64,000 nucleotides of DNA from Rudaea sp. (GTDB taxonomy: Bacteria; Pseudomonadota; Gammaproteobacteria; Xanthomonadales; Rhodanobacteraceae). The position numbers were made by a program, and so were the translations under genes. Numbering within the stretch: the stretch's first letter is position 1; every line of letters starts with the position of its first letter. Positions 8,124-19,330 of this stretch are shown here, one piece after another. A model generated the notes under the pieces. The model searched no databases, was not told the DNA's origin, and worked only from the letters and a program-made list of their open reading frames with translations. Location of the stretch: the NCBI RefSeq assembly GCF_047601565.1, contig NZ_JASGIY010000001.1, positions 3,126,999-3,190,998 on the forward strand, given 5' to 3'.

Positions 8124-8417
8124 TTACGCCATCACGGCCTTCCGGCTCGCCGGCCGCTGCACCATCGGATGACGCAGCCACGCCTCGGCGTCGTACTCCT
8201 CTCCTCGCGCCAGCATCGCCCACAGTTGCCGCGCGTGCTTGTTGGCGATCGCCACCAGCACCTTGCCGAACGGCAGTCGGCTCGACAGGTCCTTGATCCA
8301 GCGCTGCTCGGGCGTGGCTTGCCGATCGCCAGCGCTTCGGCCTTGTAGCCCTCGCGCACGCGATGCCACGACAGACGCGCTTGCTGCTCGATCGTCTTCA
8401 CCGACACGAACCGCATG
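8124..8417 (-). pseudogene. IS110-family transposase remnant (5' truncated, internally deleted)
   Basis: MRFVSVKTIEQQARLSWHRVRE joined out of frame to KVLVAIANKHARQLWAMLARG. Confidence 0.75.
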
Positions 8418-8447
8418 TTCCCCTCCCACTCTTGAGAGGATGGAGCA

Positions 8448-9670
<1,223 letters not shown>

Positions 9671-9749
9671 CTCACACCAACCAGCCTCCGACGTTCCCGG
9701 GGCGGTTCAGGCCTTGTCGTTTTCCGGGCGTGCTGTTTGCCGCTAGCCC

Positions 9750-10307
9750 CTACCGGGCCAGCGCCGCGCAAGCGGTGGCGGCGCGTGCGGGGTCGGCCGG
9801 TGCCTCGCGCACGCGGCCCGGATTGCTGACGACGATGGCCGTGGCCTTGTCGACGCCGCGACGGTCGCAGATCGTGTAGGTGAGGTCGGTGCCGCTGGCG
9901 CTGCCGTCGGGGCGAAAGCGCACGAACTTGCGGCCGGTGCTGGTCGCGATCGCGATGCCGGGTTGGGCGGCGACGACCTCGATCAGCGGTTCGTCGTCGT
10001 CGCGGCGGTTGTTCTGGTTGGTGTCTTCGAACACGATCCAGCCGTGCTGCCACCAGAGGTCGCCGGTGCAACTGGAATGGTCGGCGCTCGGGCAGACGAT
10101 CACCTCGCGATAGGTGCTCACCGATGTCATGCGCGCGAGGCTCAGCGAACCGAGCAGAATGCCGCGCGCGCTGCGCGAGTGGGCGCCGTCGATCAGGCTG
10201 CCGAGCGCGGGGGCGCTGACCGACGTGAGCACGGCGAGGATGGCGAGGGTGAAAATCAGTTCGATGAGGGTGAGGCCGGACTGGTTCGTCGAAGGAAAAT
10301 CGCGCAT
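9750..10307 (-). CDS. fimT: GspH/FimT-family minor pilin
   Basis: Prepilin motif GLTLIELIFTLAILAVL. Confidence 0.8.
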   Translation of the reverse strand: MRDFPSTNQSGLTLIELIFTLAILAVLTSVSAPALGSLIDGAHSRSARGILLGSLSLARMTSVSTYREVIVCPSADHSSCTGDLWWQHGWIVFEDTNQNNRRDDDEPLIEVVAAQPGIAIATSTGRKFVRFRPDGSASGTDLTYTICDRRGVDKATAIVVSNPGRVREAPADPARAATACAALAR

Positions 10308-10426
10308 GACCGTATCTCCGCCAAGGTGCAGGTAAGATAGGACGTGCCGGACCGGTGCAATACGCAAGGTCGCCGCGCGATTGTGTAGGAATTCGGCGAC
10401 GCCCGGCGTGCGAGTCGTTGCTTGCG

Positions 10427-11278
10427 CTATTCCGCGGTCAGCCACTCGATGCGATGGCTCGCGCGCGGGCTGCGTGCGAGCAGGCGTGCGAGATCCGGCA
10501 GAAGTTGCGCGAGCCAGGCGTCGAACCGCCACGGCGCGTTGACGATGGCCATGCCGCAGCCGTTGAGGCGCAGCGGCGAGTCGTCGGCGTCGATCATCAG
10601 TTCGACGGCGAGCGTCTTTTTCAGGCCGTGTGCGGCGAACCAGCGATGGAACGGCAGCACCTGCCGACGCAGCTTGATCGGATACCAGACGGCGTAGATG
10701 CCGGTCGGCCAGCGCTCGCAGGCGTCGGCGAGCGCGCCCTCGATCGCGCGGAATTCGGCTTCCTGCGCTTCGAACGGCGGGTCGATCAGAACGAGGCCGC
10801 GGCGCTCCTTCGGCGGCACGAAGCCCGCGAGCGCGGCATAGCCGTCGCGGCGGTGCACGCCGACCCGTTTGTCGCCGGCGAACAGCGTCTTCAGCGCAAT
10901 GGTTTCGGCCTGTTGCATTTCGCAGAGCACGATGCGGTCCTGCGCACGCAGCGCGAGGCTCGCGACCAGCGGCGAGCCGGGATAGACGTGCAGGTGGCCG
11001 TGTTCGTCGTCGGCGTTCGCCGCGCGCAGCAGGTCGAAATAGCGGCGCAGACCGTCGGGCAGGTTCGCGGCGACGAGCAGGCGCTGCACGCCGTCGACGA
11101 ATTCGCCGGTCTTGCGCGCTTCCTCGCCGCGCAGGTCGTAGCGGCCGGCGCCGGCGTGCGTATCGATGTAGCAGAACGGCGCTGGTTTGGCTTCGAGCGC
11201 ATCGATCAGGCCGAGCAGGATCGCATGCTTGAAGACGTCGGCGAAATTGCCGGCGTGGAAGGCGTGGCGATAATTCAC
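10427..11278 (-). CDS. rlmJ: 23S rRNA m6A2030 methyltransferase
   Basis: NYRHAFHAGNFADVFKH, DTHAGAG and IDPPFE; GTG start. Confidence 0.93.
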   Translation of the reverse strand: MNYRHAFHAGNFADVFKHAILLGLIDALEAKPAPFCYIDTHAGAGRYDLRGEEARKTGEFVDGVQRLLVAANLPDGLRRYFDLLRAANADDEHGHLHVYPGSPLVASLALRAQDRIVLCEMQQAETIALKTLFAGDKRVGVHRRDGYAALAGFVPPKERRGLVLIDPPFEAQEAEFRAIEGALADACERWPTGIYAVWYPIKLRRQVLPFHRWFAAHGLKKTLAVELMIDADDSPLRLNGCGMAIVNAPWRFDAWLAQLLPDLARLLARSPRASHRIEWLTAE

Positions 11279-11354
11279 GGCGTCATCGTAGCATCTGGCG
11301 GCGTCCGATTCGGTACGCTTTGCGCGAACGGCGAGAAGGACGCACACTGACCTC

Positions 11355-13103
11355 ATGAATCGATTCCATTCGACAACCACGCTGGCGGACCGCCTCGCGC
11401 TGCCGTCGCGCCGGCGCTTCGTGCGCGACCTGACGCTCGGCGGCCTTTTCGCCGGCCTCGGCGTCGATGCGCATGCGGCGTTCGTTGCGCCGCAGGTTCC
11501 GGTGCTTTCCGGCAGCGAGTTCGATCTCACGATCGGCGCGATGCCGGTCGATTTCAACGGCGCGCGCCGCATCGCCACCGTCGTCAACGGCTCGCTGCCC
11601 GCGCCGACGTTGCGCTGGCGCCAGGGCGACACGGTGACGCTGCGCGTGCGCAACACGCTGCCGACGACGAGTTCGATCCATTGGCACGGCATCGTCCTGC
11701 CGGCCGACATGGACGGTGTTCCGGGCCTCTCGTTCATGGGCATCGCGCCGGGCGAAACGTATATCTACCGTTTCAAGGTCAACCAGAGCGGCACGTATTG
11801 GTACCACGGCCATTCGCGTTTCCAGGAGCAGACCGGATTGTATGGCGCGATCGTGATCGAGCCGCGCGACCCTGCGCGGCGCGCCGACCGCGACCATGTC
11901 GTGCTGCTGTCCGACTGGAGCGACGTCGATCCCGAGCGCATCTACGCGACGCTGAAAAAACAGAGCGACTACTACGATTTCGGCAAGCCCGCGTTCGGCG
12001 ACTTCCTGCGCGACGCGCGCATGCAGGGGCTCGGTGGCGCGCTTGCTGAACGGCGCATGTGGAACGAGATGCGCATGAGCCCGAGCGATCTCGCCGACGT
12101 TTCCGGCCATGCCTACACGTACCTGATGAACGGTGCGTCGCCCGCATCGAACTGGACGGCCCTGTTTTCGCGCGGAGAGAAAGTGCGCCTGCGCTTCATC
12201 AACGGTGCGTCGATGAGCATGTTCGACGTGCGCATTCCGGGGCTGAAGATGCGCGTGGTCGCGGCCGACGGGCAGGATATCGACCCGGTCACGGTCGACG
12301 AGTTCCGCATCGGTACGGCGGAGACGTTCGACGTCATCGTCGAACCCGACGCCGACCGCGCCTATACGATTTTCGCCCAGTCGATGGACCGTTCGGGCTT
12401 CGCGCGGGGTACGCTCGCTCCGCGCGCCGGAATGGGCGCCGAGGTGCCCATGCTCGATCCGCGCCCGTTGCTGACGATGCGCGACATGATGGGCGAGATG
12501 AGTCACGCCGCGATGCCGGGCATGGATCATTCGAAGATGGATCACGGCGCAATGCCGGGCATGAAGGGCATGGAAGGCAGTTGCGGCGCCGGCATGGCCA
12601 CGCCGTTGCGGACCGGACCTGCGATCGACATGCTCGTGGCGACGCCGCGCACGAACCTGGACGATCCCGGCGTCGGCCTGCGCGACAACGGGCGGCGCGT
12701 GCTGACCTATGCCGATCTGCATACGCCCGGCGCGCCGATCAGCGCCGACGCGCAGCGCGACATCGAACTCCACCTGACCGGGCACATGCAGCGCTATGTC
12801 TGGTCGTTCGATGGCAAAAGATTCTCCGATGCCGCGCCGCTCAGGCTCACGCATGGCGAGCGCGTGCGCATCACCCTCGTCAACGAAACGATGATGACGC
12901 ATCCGATCCACCTGCACGGCATGTGGAGCGAACTGGAAACCGCGCAGGGCGAATTCCAGGTCAGGAAACACACCGTCGTCGTGCAGCCCGCGCAGAAGCT
13001 CAGCTATCGCGTCAGCGCCGACGCGATCGGTCAATGGGCCTACCACTGCCACCTGCTCTACCACATGGAAGCGGGCATGTTCCGCGTCGTCGAGGTGGCG
13101 TGA
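11355..13103 (+). CDS. copA: Copper-resistance multicopper oxidase (Tat-exported)
   Basis: SRRRF Tat signal; HWHG, WYHGH, HPIHLHG and HCHLLYHM motifs; Met-rich loop. Confidence 0.92.
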   Translation: MNRFHSTTTLADRLALPSRRRFVRDLTLGGLFAGLGVDAHAAFVAPQVPVLSGSEFDLTIGAMPVDFNGARRIATVVNGSLPAPTLRWRQGDTVTLRVRNTLPTTSSIHWHGIVLPADMDGVPGLSFMGIAPGETYIYRFKVNQSGTYWYHGHSRFQEQTGLYGAIVIEPRDPARRADRDHVVLLSDWSDVDPERIYATLKKQSDYYDFGKPAFGDFLRDARMQGLGGALAERRMWNEMRMSPSDLADVSGHAYTYLMNGASPASNWTALFSRGEKVRLRFINGASMSMFDVRIPGLKMRVVAADGQDIDPVTVDEFRIGTAETFDVIVEPDADRAYTIFAQSMDRSGFARGTLAPRAGMGAEVPMLDPRPLLTMRDMMGEMSHAAMPGMDHSKMDHGAMPGMKGMEGSCGAGMATPLRTGPAIDMLVATPRTNLDDPGVGLRDNGRRVLTYADLHTPGAPISADAQRDIELHLTGHMQRYVWSFDGKRFSDAAPLRLTHGERVRITLVNETMMTHPIHLHGMWSELETAQGEFQVRKHTVVVQPAQKLSYRVSADAIGQWAYHCHLLYHMEAGMFRVVEVA

Positions 13104-13891
13104 TGCGGACCGTCGAGCGAATGCTGTTGGCCGCCGCGCTGGCGTCCGCGTTCGGCGCCCATGCGCAGCAATCCGACGAGCATGTTCCGCCCGATCCGCC
13201 GCAGCACGCCGGTGCGACGATGTCGGACGCGCAGATGGTGCGTGCGATGGAGATGGACGACGCCGCGAGGTTCTTCATGTTCAAGCTCGATACGTTCGAG
13301 CTCGCGCAAGGCGACGATGCGTATTCGTCCGCATGGAATGCGCAGGCCTGGTACGGCGGCGATTTCGACAAGTTGCTGGTGCGCACGCAAGGCGAGCGCG
13401 AAAGCGGCAGGACCGATGCGCGCGCGGAAGCGTTCTGGAACCACGCCTTCGCGAGTTGGTGGGATTGGCAACTCGGGGCGCGCCGCGAGTTCGGCAGCGG
13501 TCCTGCGCGCAACTGGGCCGCGTTCGGCGTGCAGGGTCTCGCGCCGTACTGGTTCGAGATCGAGGCCGCCGCGTATCTCGGCGAAGATGGACGCACCGCG
13601 TTCGGCCTGCGCGCCGAATACGAAATCCTGTTCACGCAACGGCTGATCCTGCAGCCGGAACTCGAGGTCAACCTGTACGGCCGGGACGATCGCCTACGCG
13701 GCGTCGCAGCGGGGTTGTCCGACGCCGAATTCGGCTTGCGCTTGCGTTACGAGATTCAGCGTGGGTTCGCGCCATACGTCGGCGTCGTGCGCCAATACCG
13801 GCGTGGCACGGATGCGGCGGATCCGCGCTTCGGCTTCGAGCGCATCGGCAGCGAGACGCAGGTCGTTGCGGGGCTGCGGTTGTGGTTCTGA
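13103..13891 (+). CDS. copB: Copper resistance outer-membrane protein B
   Basis: Coupled to copA; GLAPYWFE, LILQPELE and FAPYVG motifs; C-terminal WF. Confidence 0.88.
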   Translation: MRTVERMLLAAALASAFGAHAQQSDEHVPPDPPQHAGATMSDAQMVRAMEMDDAARFFMFKLDTFELAQGDDAYSSAWNAQAWYGGDFDKLLVRTQGERESGRTDARAEAFWNHAFASWWDWQLGARREFGSGPARNWAAFGVQGLAPYWFEIEAAAYLGEDGRTAFGLRAEYEILFTQRLILQPELEVNLYGRDDRLRGVAAGLSDAEFGLRLRYEIQRGFAPYVGVVRQYRRGTDAADPRFGFERIGSETQVVAGLRLWF

Positions 13892-14008
13892 CGGATTCTT
13901 CCGGGTCGCGTTCGCGCAGGTACGGTATTCCGCACTCTGCTGTCGCTCGTCACTCCCGCCGAACTCGCGCCATCCCGGCATTCGCCCTTCGGGTCATCGC
14001 GAAAGCGC

Positions 14009-14782
14009 TCAGCCGAGACGTACCGACGTCATCGAAGTTGTGCTGAAGTAGCCGACGTTGTGGAAGGAGGCCGTATCGCCGTCGCGTCGTGCGCCGAGCA
14101 CGTAGAGCAGCGGCAGATAGTGTTCGGGCGTCGGCACTGCCAGCGCGGCCTCGCGGTCCAACGTGCGCCACTGGAGCAGGTCGTCGATGCGGCCGGCGGC
14201 GATGCGCGCGCGCACCGTTTCGTCGAAACGCACGGTCCAGTCGGTCGGACGCGGATCGCGGAAATCCAGCGTGCGCAGGTTGTGCACGATGTTGCCGCTG
14301 CCGAGGATCAGCACACCATCCTCGCGCAGCGCAGCGAGTTCGCGGCCGAGCGCATGGTGGAAAGCGCCCGGCTGCGCGGTGTCGATGCTCAGTTGCAGCG
14401 TCGGCACGTCGGCCTGCGGGTACATGATCCTGAGCACGCTCCATGCGCCGTGGTCGAGGCCCCACTCGGGCGTTAGGTTTACTTTTACGCTTTTCACCAT
14501 TCCTGCAATGCACCTTGCGAGTGCCGGATTGCCCGGCGCCGCATAGCGCACGTCGAACAGCGCCTGCGGGAAACCGTAGAAATCGTGGATCGTCTGCGGC
14601 TGCGCCGCGGAACGGACGAAAACGCCGCGCGTTCCCCAATGCGCGGACACGCAAAGGATGGCCTTGGGCTTCGGCATGCGCGCGGCCAGTTCTTGCCAGC
14701 CGCGCGTGAAGGCGTTGTCCTTGATCGCGTTCATCGGCGAGCCGTGGCCGACGAACAAGGCGGGCATGCGGGTTTCGCACAT
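14009..14782 (-). CDS. ygiD: DODA-type extradiol dioxygenase (LigB family)
   Basis: PALFVGHGSPMNA, SAHW, LDHGAW and PTPEHYLP. Confidence 0.88.
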   Translation of the reverse strand: MCETRMPALFVGHGSPMNAIKDNAFTRGWQELAARMPKPKAILCVSAHWGTRGVFVRSAAQPQTIHDFYGFPQALFDVRYAAPGNPALARCIAGMVKSVKVNLTPEWGLDHGAWSVLRIMYPQADVPTLQLSIDTAQPGAFHHALGRELAALREDGVLILGSGNIVHNLRTLDFRDPRPTDWTVRFDETVRARIAAGRIDDLLQWRTLDREAALAVPTPEHYLPLLYVLGARRDGDTASFHNVGYFSTTSMTSVRLG

Positions 14783-14957
14783 GGCTTCAGTAGACCATCG
14801 GCGCCAGAGCGGTTCAATCTCATCGATGGAACGCTGTGTCCGCACGGGATGACGTTTGTCACGGCGCATTGTTGACGCGCGTGACTGCCGGTGGGTATGG
14901 CATGCCGGGCATGCTGTGTCCACGGCGCGATCGGTTCGCGCGACGACGGAGAGGGGC

Positions 14958-15245
14958 ATGAGCACGGCATTGATGACACTGACCGATACGGTGCGCCGCG
15001 TGCAGGACGGTGTGAAGCGCGACGGCATCGCGGGCGGTTTCGAAGCTGCCCAGGCGGCGTACGAAAGCGCCTCGGCCGGCCAGCGACAGGCCGGCGGCGG
15101 CATGGATTTGAACAAATGGCTGATCGTCATCGCCGCCGTGTTCGGCGCGTTCATGGTCTGGCGCTTCACGCGCAAGCTCGGCCATCTCGCGATCGCGGTA
15201 TTCTGGATCTGGTTCGCCACGCACGGATTCCGTTTCTGGCATTGA
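14958..15245 (+). CDS. Small hypothetical membrane protein
   Basis: GAGG RBS; two hydrophobic C-terminal segments. Confidence 0.5.
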   Translation: MSTALMTLTDTVRRVQDGVKRDGIAGGFEAAQAAYESASAGQRQAGGGMDLNKWLIVIAAVFGAFMVWRFTRKLGHLAIAVFWIWFATHGFRFWH

Positions 15246-15270
15246 GGGTCCCCCGCGCTAAAATCGCGCG

Positions 15271-16521
15271 GTGAAAAATCCCGGAATTGCCATCATCGGC
15301 GGCGGCCCGGCGGGCCTTATGGCCGCGGAAACGGCGCGCGCCGCGGGTGCGACCGTGGACGTGTACGAGCGCATGGGCTCGGTCGGGCGCAAGCTCCTGA
15401 TCGCGGGCAAGGGCGGGCTCAATCTCACTCATTCCGACGCATTCGATCTGTTCGTCTCGCGCTATCGCGGGCGCGAGCGCGAAGTGCGCGCATGGCTGGA
15501 AAAATTCGATGCGCAGGCGCTGCGCGACTGGGCGCGCGGGCTCGGCGTGGACACTTTCGTCGGCACTTCCGGGCGCGTGTTCCCGAACGATCTCAAGGCC
15601 GCGCCGCTGCTGCGCGGCTGGGTGCGGCGGTTGCGTGCGGACGGCGTGAATTTCCACGTGCAGCATCGCTGGCTCGGCTGGGGCGGCGACGGCGTGCTGC
15701 GTTTCGCGCATGGCGACGGGGAAAGCCCCGTGCACGCCGACGCGGTCGTGCTCGCACTCGGCGGCGGCAGTTGGCCCGTGCTCGGTTCGGATGGCGCATG
15801 GACTTCGATCCTGGCCGAACGCGGCGTCGAACTGGCGCCGCTGCGGCCGGCCAATTGCGGCTTCGAGATCGCACGCGGCACGGCCGAGGGCTGGAGCGAA
15901 TTCTTCGCCGGCAAGCATGCGGGCCAGCCGGTCAAGCCGGTCGTCGTCGAATGGCGCGACGAAAGCGGCGATGCGATCCGTCGCCAGGGCGAATTCGTCG
16001 TCACCGCGCACGGCATCGAAGGCAGCCTGATCTATGCGTTGGCAGCGCCTCTGCGCGACGCCATCGGCGCACACGGCCGCACGACGATCCATCTCGACCT
16101 CGCGCCGGGCCGCGACGCGGCGCGACTCGCGCGCGAGCTTGCGCAGCCGCGCGGCAAGCGCACCTTCAGCGAGCACCTGCGTCGCCATGCGGGCATCGAC
16201 GGCGTCAAGGCGGGGCTGCTGTACGAATTGCTCGCGAAAGACCAGATGCGGAATCCCCAGCGACTCGCGCAAGCGATCAAGGCGATGCCGTTGACGCTGG
16301 TCCGCCCGCGACCGTTGGTCGAGGCGATCAGCACCGCGGGCGGCGTGCGTTTCGCCGCGCTCGACGAACGCCTGATGCTGAAGGCGTTGCCCGGGGTGTT
16401 CTGCGCCGGCGAGATGATCGACTGGGAAGCGCCGACCGGCGGCTACCTGCTCACCGCCTGCTTCGCGAGCGGAAGGATCGCGGGACAGGGTGCGGTCGAG
16501 TGGATGCGCCGTCTTCGCTAG
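15271..16521 (+). CDS. HI0933/YhiN-family flavoprotein
   Basis: GGGPAG, GKGGLNLT and TGGYLLTAC. Confidence 0.88.
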   Translation: MKNPGIAIIGGGPAGLMAAETARAAGATVDVYERMGSVGRKLLIAGKGGLNLTHSDAFDLFVSRYRGREREVRAWLEKFDAQALRDWARGLGVDTFVGTSGRVFPNDLKAAPLLRGWVRRLRADGVNFHVQHRWLGWGGDGVLRFAHGDGESPVHADAVVLALGGGSWPVLGSDGAWTSILAERGVELAPLRPANCGFEIARGTAEGWSEFFAGKHAGQPVKPVVVEWRDESGDAIRRQGEFVVTAHGIEGSLIYALAAPLRDAIGAHGRTTIHLDLAPGRDAARLARELAQPRGKRTFSEHLRRHAGIDGVKAGLLYELLAKDQMRNPQRLAQAIKAMPLTLVRPRPLVEAISTAGGVRFAALDERLMLKALPGVFCAGEMIDWEAPTGGYLLTACFASGRIAGQGAVEWMRRLR

Positions 16522-16542
16522 GACGGCAACTTTGCAGTCACG

Positions 16543-17160
16543 ATGGCTTCCGCTATCGTTCCGCGCATGATCGATGTGAAGACGTTCGCCGGCGCGCAGA
16601 TCGCGCCGCATCTGGATGCGGTGGCCGACTTGCGCATCGCGGTGTTCCGCGACTGGCCATACCTGTACGCCGGCGACCGTGACTACGAGAAGCGTTATCT
16701 CGCGACCTACGCGCAATCGCCCGAGAGCCTGTTCGTGCTCGCGACCGACGCTGGGCGCGTGATCGGCGCTTCGACCGGCATTCCGCTGGCCGACGAGAGC
16801 GCGGCTTTCAAGAAACCGTTCCTCGACCGCGGCATCGCGCTCGGCGACGTATTCTATTTCGGCGAGTCGGTGCTGTTGCGCGAGTATCGCGGCCACGGCC
16901 TCGGCCATCGTTTCTTCGACGAGCGCGAAGGCTACGCGCGGCGCCTGGGCCGCTTCGCGCTGACCGCGTTCTGCGCGGTCGAGCACGAAGCCGGCGACCC
17001 GCGCCGGCCGGCAGGGCATCGCGACAACGACGCGTTCTGGATCAAACGCGGCTATATGCGCCAGGACGACATGTTCTGCGAGCTCGAGTGGCAGGAAGTC
17101 GGCGTCGCGCAGGCGAGCATGCATCGGCTGCGGTTCTGGCTGAAACCCCTGTCGCCGTAG
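16543..17160 (+). CDS. GNAT-family acetyltransferase
   Basis: FRDWPYLYAG, GESVLLREYRGHGLG; true start may be 16567. Confidence 0.8.
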   Translation: MASAIVPRMIDVKTFAGAQIAPHLDAVADLRIAVFRDWPYLYAGDRDYEKRYLATYAQSPESLFVLATDAGRVIGASTGIPLADESAAFKKPFLDRGIALGDVFYFGESVLLREYRGHGLGHRFFDEREGYARRLGRFALTAFCAVEHEAGDPRRPAGHRDNDAFWIKRGYMRQDDMFCELEWQEVGVAQASMHRLRFWLKPLSP

Positions 17161-17196
17161 AGACGCGGTTCATGGCGCGGCGAATCGCATCGCGGC

Positions 17197-19257
17197 TTAC
17201 GCCGCGCTGAGGATCTTCTCGGGTTCGTTGAGGTAGTTGCCCTGCACGAAGTTCACTCCGCAGGTGAACAGGAACGACATGCTCGCCGCGTCCTCGACCT
17301 GCTCGGCGATCACGATCTTGCCGGCCTGGTGCGCCTGGTGGCAGAACTCGCGGACGAAGTTCTGGTGTTCCTTGTCCTTCGGCAGGTTCGGCATGTAGCT
17401 GCGGTCGATCTTCAGGTAGGCGGCGTCGATCTGCTTGAGCAACTGGAACGAGTTGACGCCGGAGCCGAACTGCTCGAGCGCGAAGCCGCAATGGAGCTGC
17501 TGCAGGCCGTTGACGAAGGCGCGCGCCGCCTTGAGTTGGGTGACGACCTTGCTTTCCGGCACCTCGAACACGAGCGCGTCGCCGCGCACGCGCGCGGCCT
17601 TGAGCTGCTGCGCGATCCACGGCAACAGGGTTTCGTCGGACAGCGAGGCCGCGGCAAGCTTGACGAAGAACGTGGTGTGCCTGCCGGTTTTTTCGCGTTC
17701 GGCCAGCGTTGCGATGGCGTTCGCCACCACGATGCGGTCGATCGCGGTCACGAAGCCGGCGTCCTCGGCGATCGGGAAGAAGACGTCGGGGGTCACTTCG
17801 CCCTTGTCGTCGACGAGGCGCGCGAGGATCTCGTAGAACTCGCCTTCGACGCCGTGCAGGTTGATGATCGGCTGGCTGTAGAGCGAGAAGCGCTTGTGCT
17901 CGACCGCCGCCTCGATGCGCTCGTGCAGCGCCTGCGCCTCGGCGAGCGCGATCGCGTCGCGCAGGCCGGGGTCGTGGATCGCGACCTGGTTGCCGCCCGC
18001 GTGCTGCAACTGGCGCAGGCCCGCTCCGGCCTGGCTCAATACGGCCTGGGCGTTGGCGTTCTTCTCGCCGATCAGCACGCCGGAGATGCTGACGAACAGG
18101 CTCAGATGGCGCTTGCCGATGTCGAAATCGTGCTCGGCGAACGCGTTGCACAGTTTCTGCGCCAGTTCGGTGGCGGAGGCGATCGGCAACGCGCTGCTCA
18201 GCACGCCGAACGTGTGGTCGCCGAAGCGGAAGGCGATGTGCTCGGTGGCTTCGAGGTTGCGGCGCAGAAGGTTGGCCATGTCGCCGAGCAGCAGGTCGGT
18301 GTTGCCGAGGCCGATCTCGTCGAGATGCGCGCGGAAATTGTCCGCCTCGAGCAGCAGCAGGATCTGGTTCGGAGCGCCTTCGGCGGCCGCGGCGACCATG
18401 CGGTCGAGTTCGGCGAGGCCGTGCTGGCGGTTGTAGAGATCGGTGACGAGATCCTTGGTGCGCAGGGTGTCGATCTGGCGCGCGAGTTCGGGGTTGGCGA
18501 GCGGCTGGCGCAGCACGATCTGCTGACACGGCTCGCCGGCGACGCTGGCCGGGGCGAATTCCATCACCGTGTCGAGCGTGGAGCCATCGGCGCGGCGCAT
18601 CTTGATCGGCAGGCTCGCCGGCGGCTTCTCGCCGCGCGAGAGGTTCTTGAGCAGCGTCTTGAAATCGCCGGTCGCCTCGGGCGCGATCAGGTCGAGCACG
18701 GAAACCCCCTGCAGTTCCTCGAAATCGGCGTAGCCGAACGTTTCGAGCCACGCGTGGTTCGCGCGCACGTGCGCGCCCTCGTGCACGTAGGCGATCGGAT
18801 CGCGCGCCGATTCGAGCAGCGAGTCGCAGCGGCGTTCGGATTCGGCGAGGCTCGTTTCGAGCCGGCGCACGTTGCGGCGCAGGTTGAGCGCGTCGAACTC
18901 GCGCTGCACGACGGTGACGAACAGTTCCGGATGCTCGCGCGTCGCCACCGCGACGACGCCGCGGCGGAACGCCTCGGTGACCGTTTCGCCGGTGAACTCC
19001 GCCAGGATCGCGATCACGGCGACGTCCTTGCCGCCGCGGTTGCCCGCTTGCACCACTTCGCCGAGCTCGACCGCCGGGCCGGAAAGGATCAGGTCGGGGA
19101 ACTGCGCCTGCAACTGCGCGTCGAGCTCGTCGGCGTCGCGCGCCTGGACGGCGCGCACGGCGATGCCGGCGTTGCGCAGCATGCTGGTCAGGCGCTCGGC
19201 GTCCTCGACCGAGTCCTCGACCAGCAGGAGTTTGATGATGTCCGTGGGTTTGATCAT
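17197..19257 (-). CDS. fimX: FimX-like REC-PAS-GGDEF-EAL c-di-GMP receptor
   Basis: LLLVEDS receiver start, degenerate GGDEF (FGDHTF), EILARL and FALEQFG. Confidence 0.8.
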   Translation of the reverse strand: MIKPTDIIKLLLVEDSVEDAERLTSMLRNAGIAVRAVQARDADELDAQLQAQFPDLILSGPAVELGEVVQAGNRGGKDVAVIAILAEFTGETVTEAFRRGVVAVATREHPELFVTVVQREFDALNLRRNVRRLETSLAESERRCDSLLESARDPIAYVHEGAHVRANHAWLETFGYADFEELQGVSVLDLIAPEATGDFKTLLKNLSRGEKPPASLPIKMRRADGSTLDTVMEFAPASVAGEPCQQIVLRQPLANPELARQIDTLRTKDLVTDLYNRQHGLAELDRMVAAAAEGAPNQILLLLEADNFRAHLDEIGLGNTDLLLGDMANLLRRNLEATEHIAFRFGDHTFGVLSSALPIASATELAQKLCNAFAEHDFDIGKRHLSLFVSISGVLIGEKNANAQAVLSQAGAGLRQLQHAGGNQVAIHDPGLRDAIALAEAQALHERIEAAVEHKRFSLYSQPIINLHGVEGEFYEILARLVDDKGEVTPDVFFPIAEDAGFVTAIDRIVVANAIATLAEREKTGRHTTFFVKLAAASLSDETLLPWIAQQLKAARVRGDALVFEVPESKVVTQLKAARAFVNGLQQLHCGFALEQFGSGVNSFQLLKQIDAAYLKIDRSYMPNLPKDKEHQNFVREFCHQAHQAGKIVIAEQVEDAASMSFLFTCGVNFVQGNYLNEPEKILSAA

Positions 19258-19330
19258 GATGCGAATTGGGCCCGGGCCCCCGACAGCGCCGATGGTGCGT
19301 TGTACTCGATTCGCCCCCTGCGCGCCAGCG

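Noticed and set aside
8408-8414. GAACCGC as the IS3 left IR
   Set aside because: It is the reverse complement of the conserved IS110 MRF codons, and the rest of the IR does not follow
11355-13103. CopA P-type ATPase
   Set aside because: Motifs are those of a multicopper oxidase; no DKTGT
13949-14008. Additional REP copy after copB
   Set aside because: Only fragmentary resemblance (GTCACTCCCGC, GTCATCGCGAAAGC); too degenerate to call
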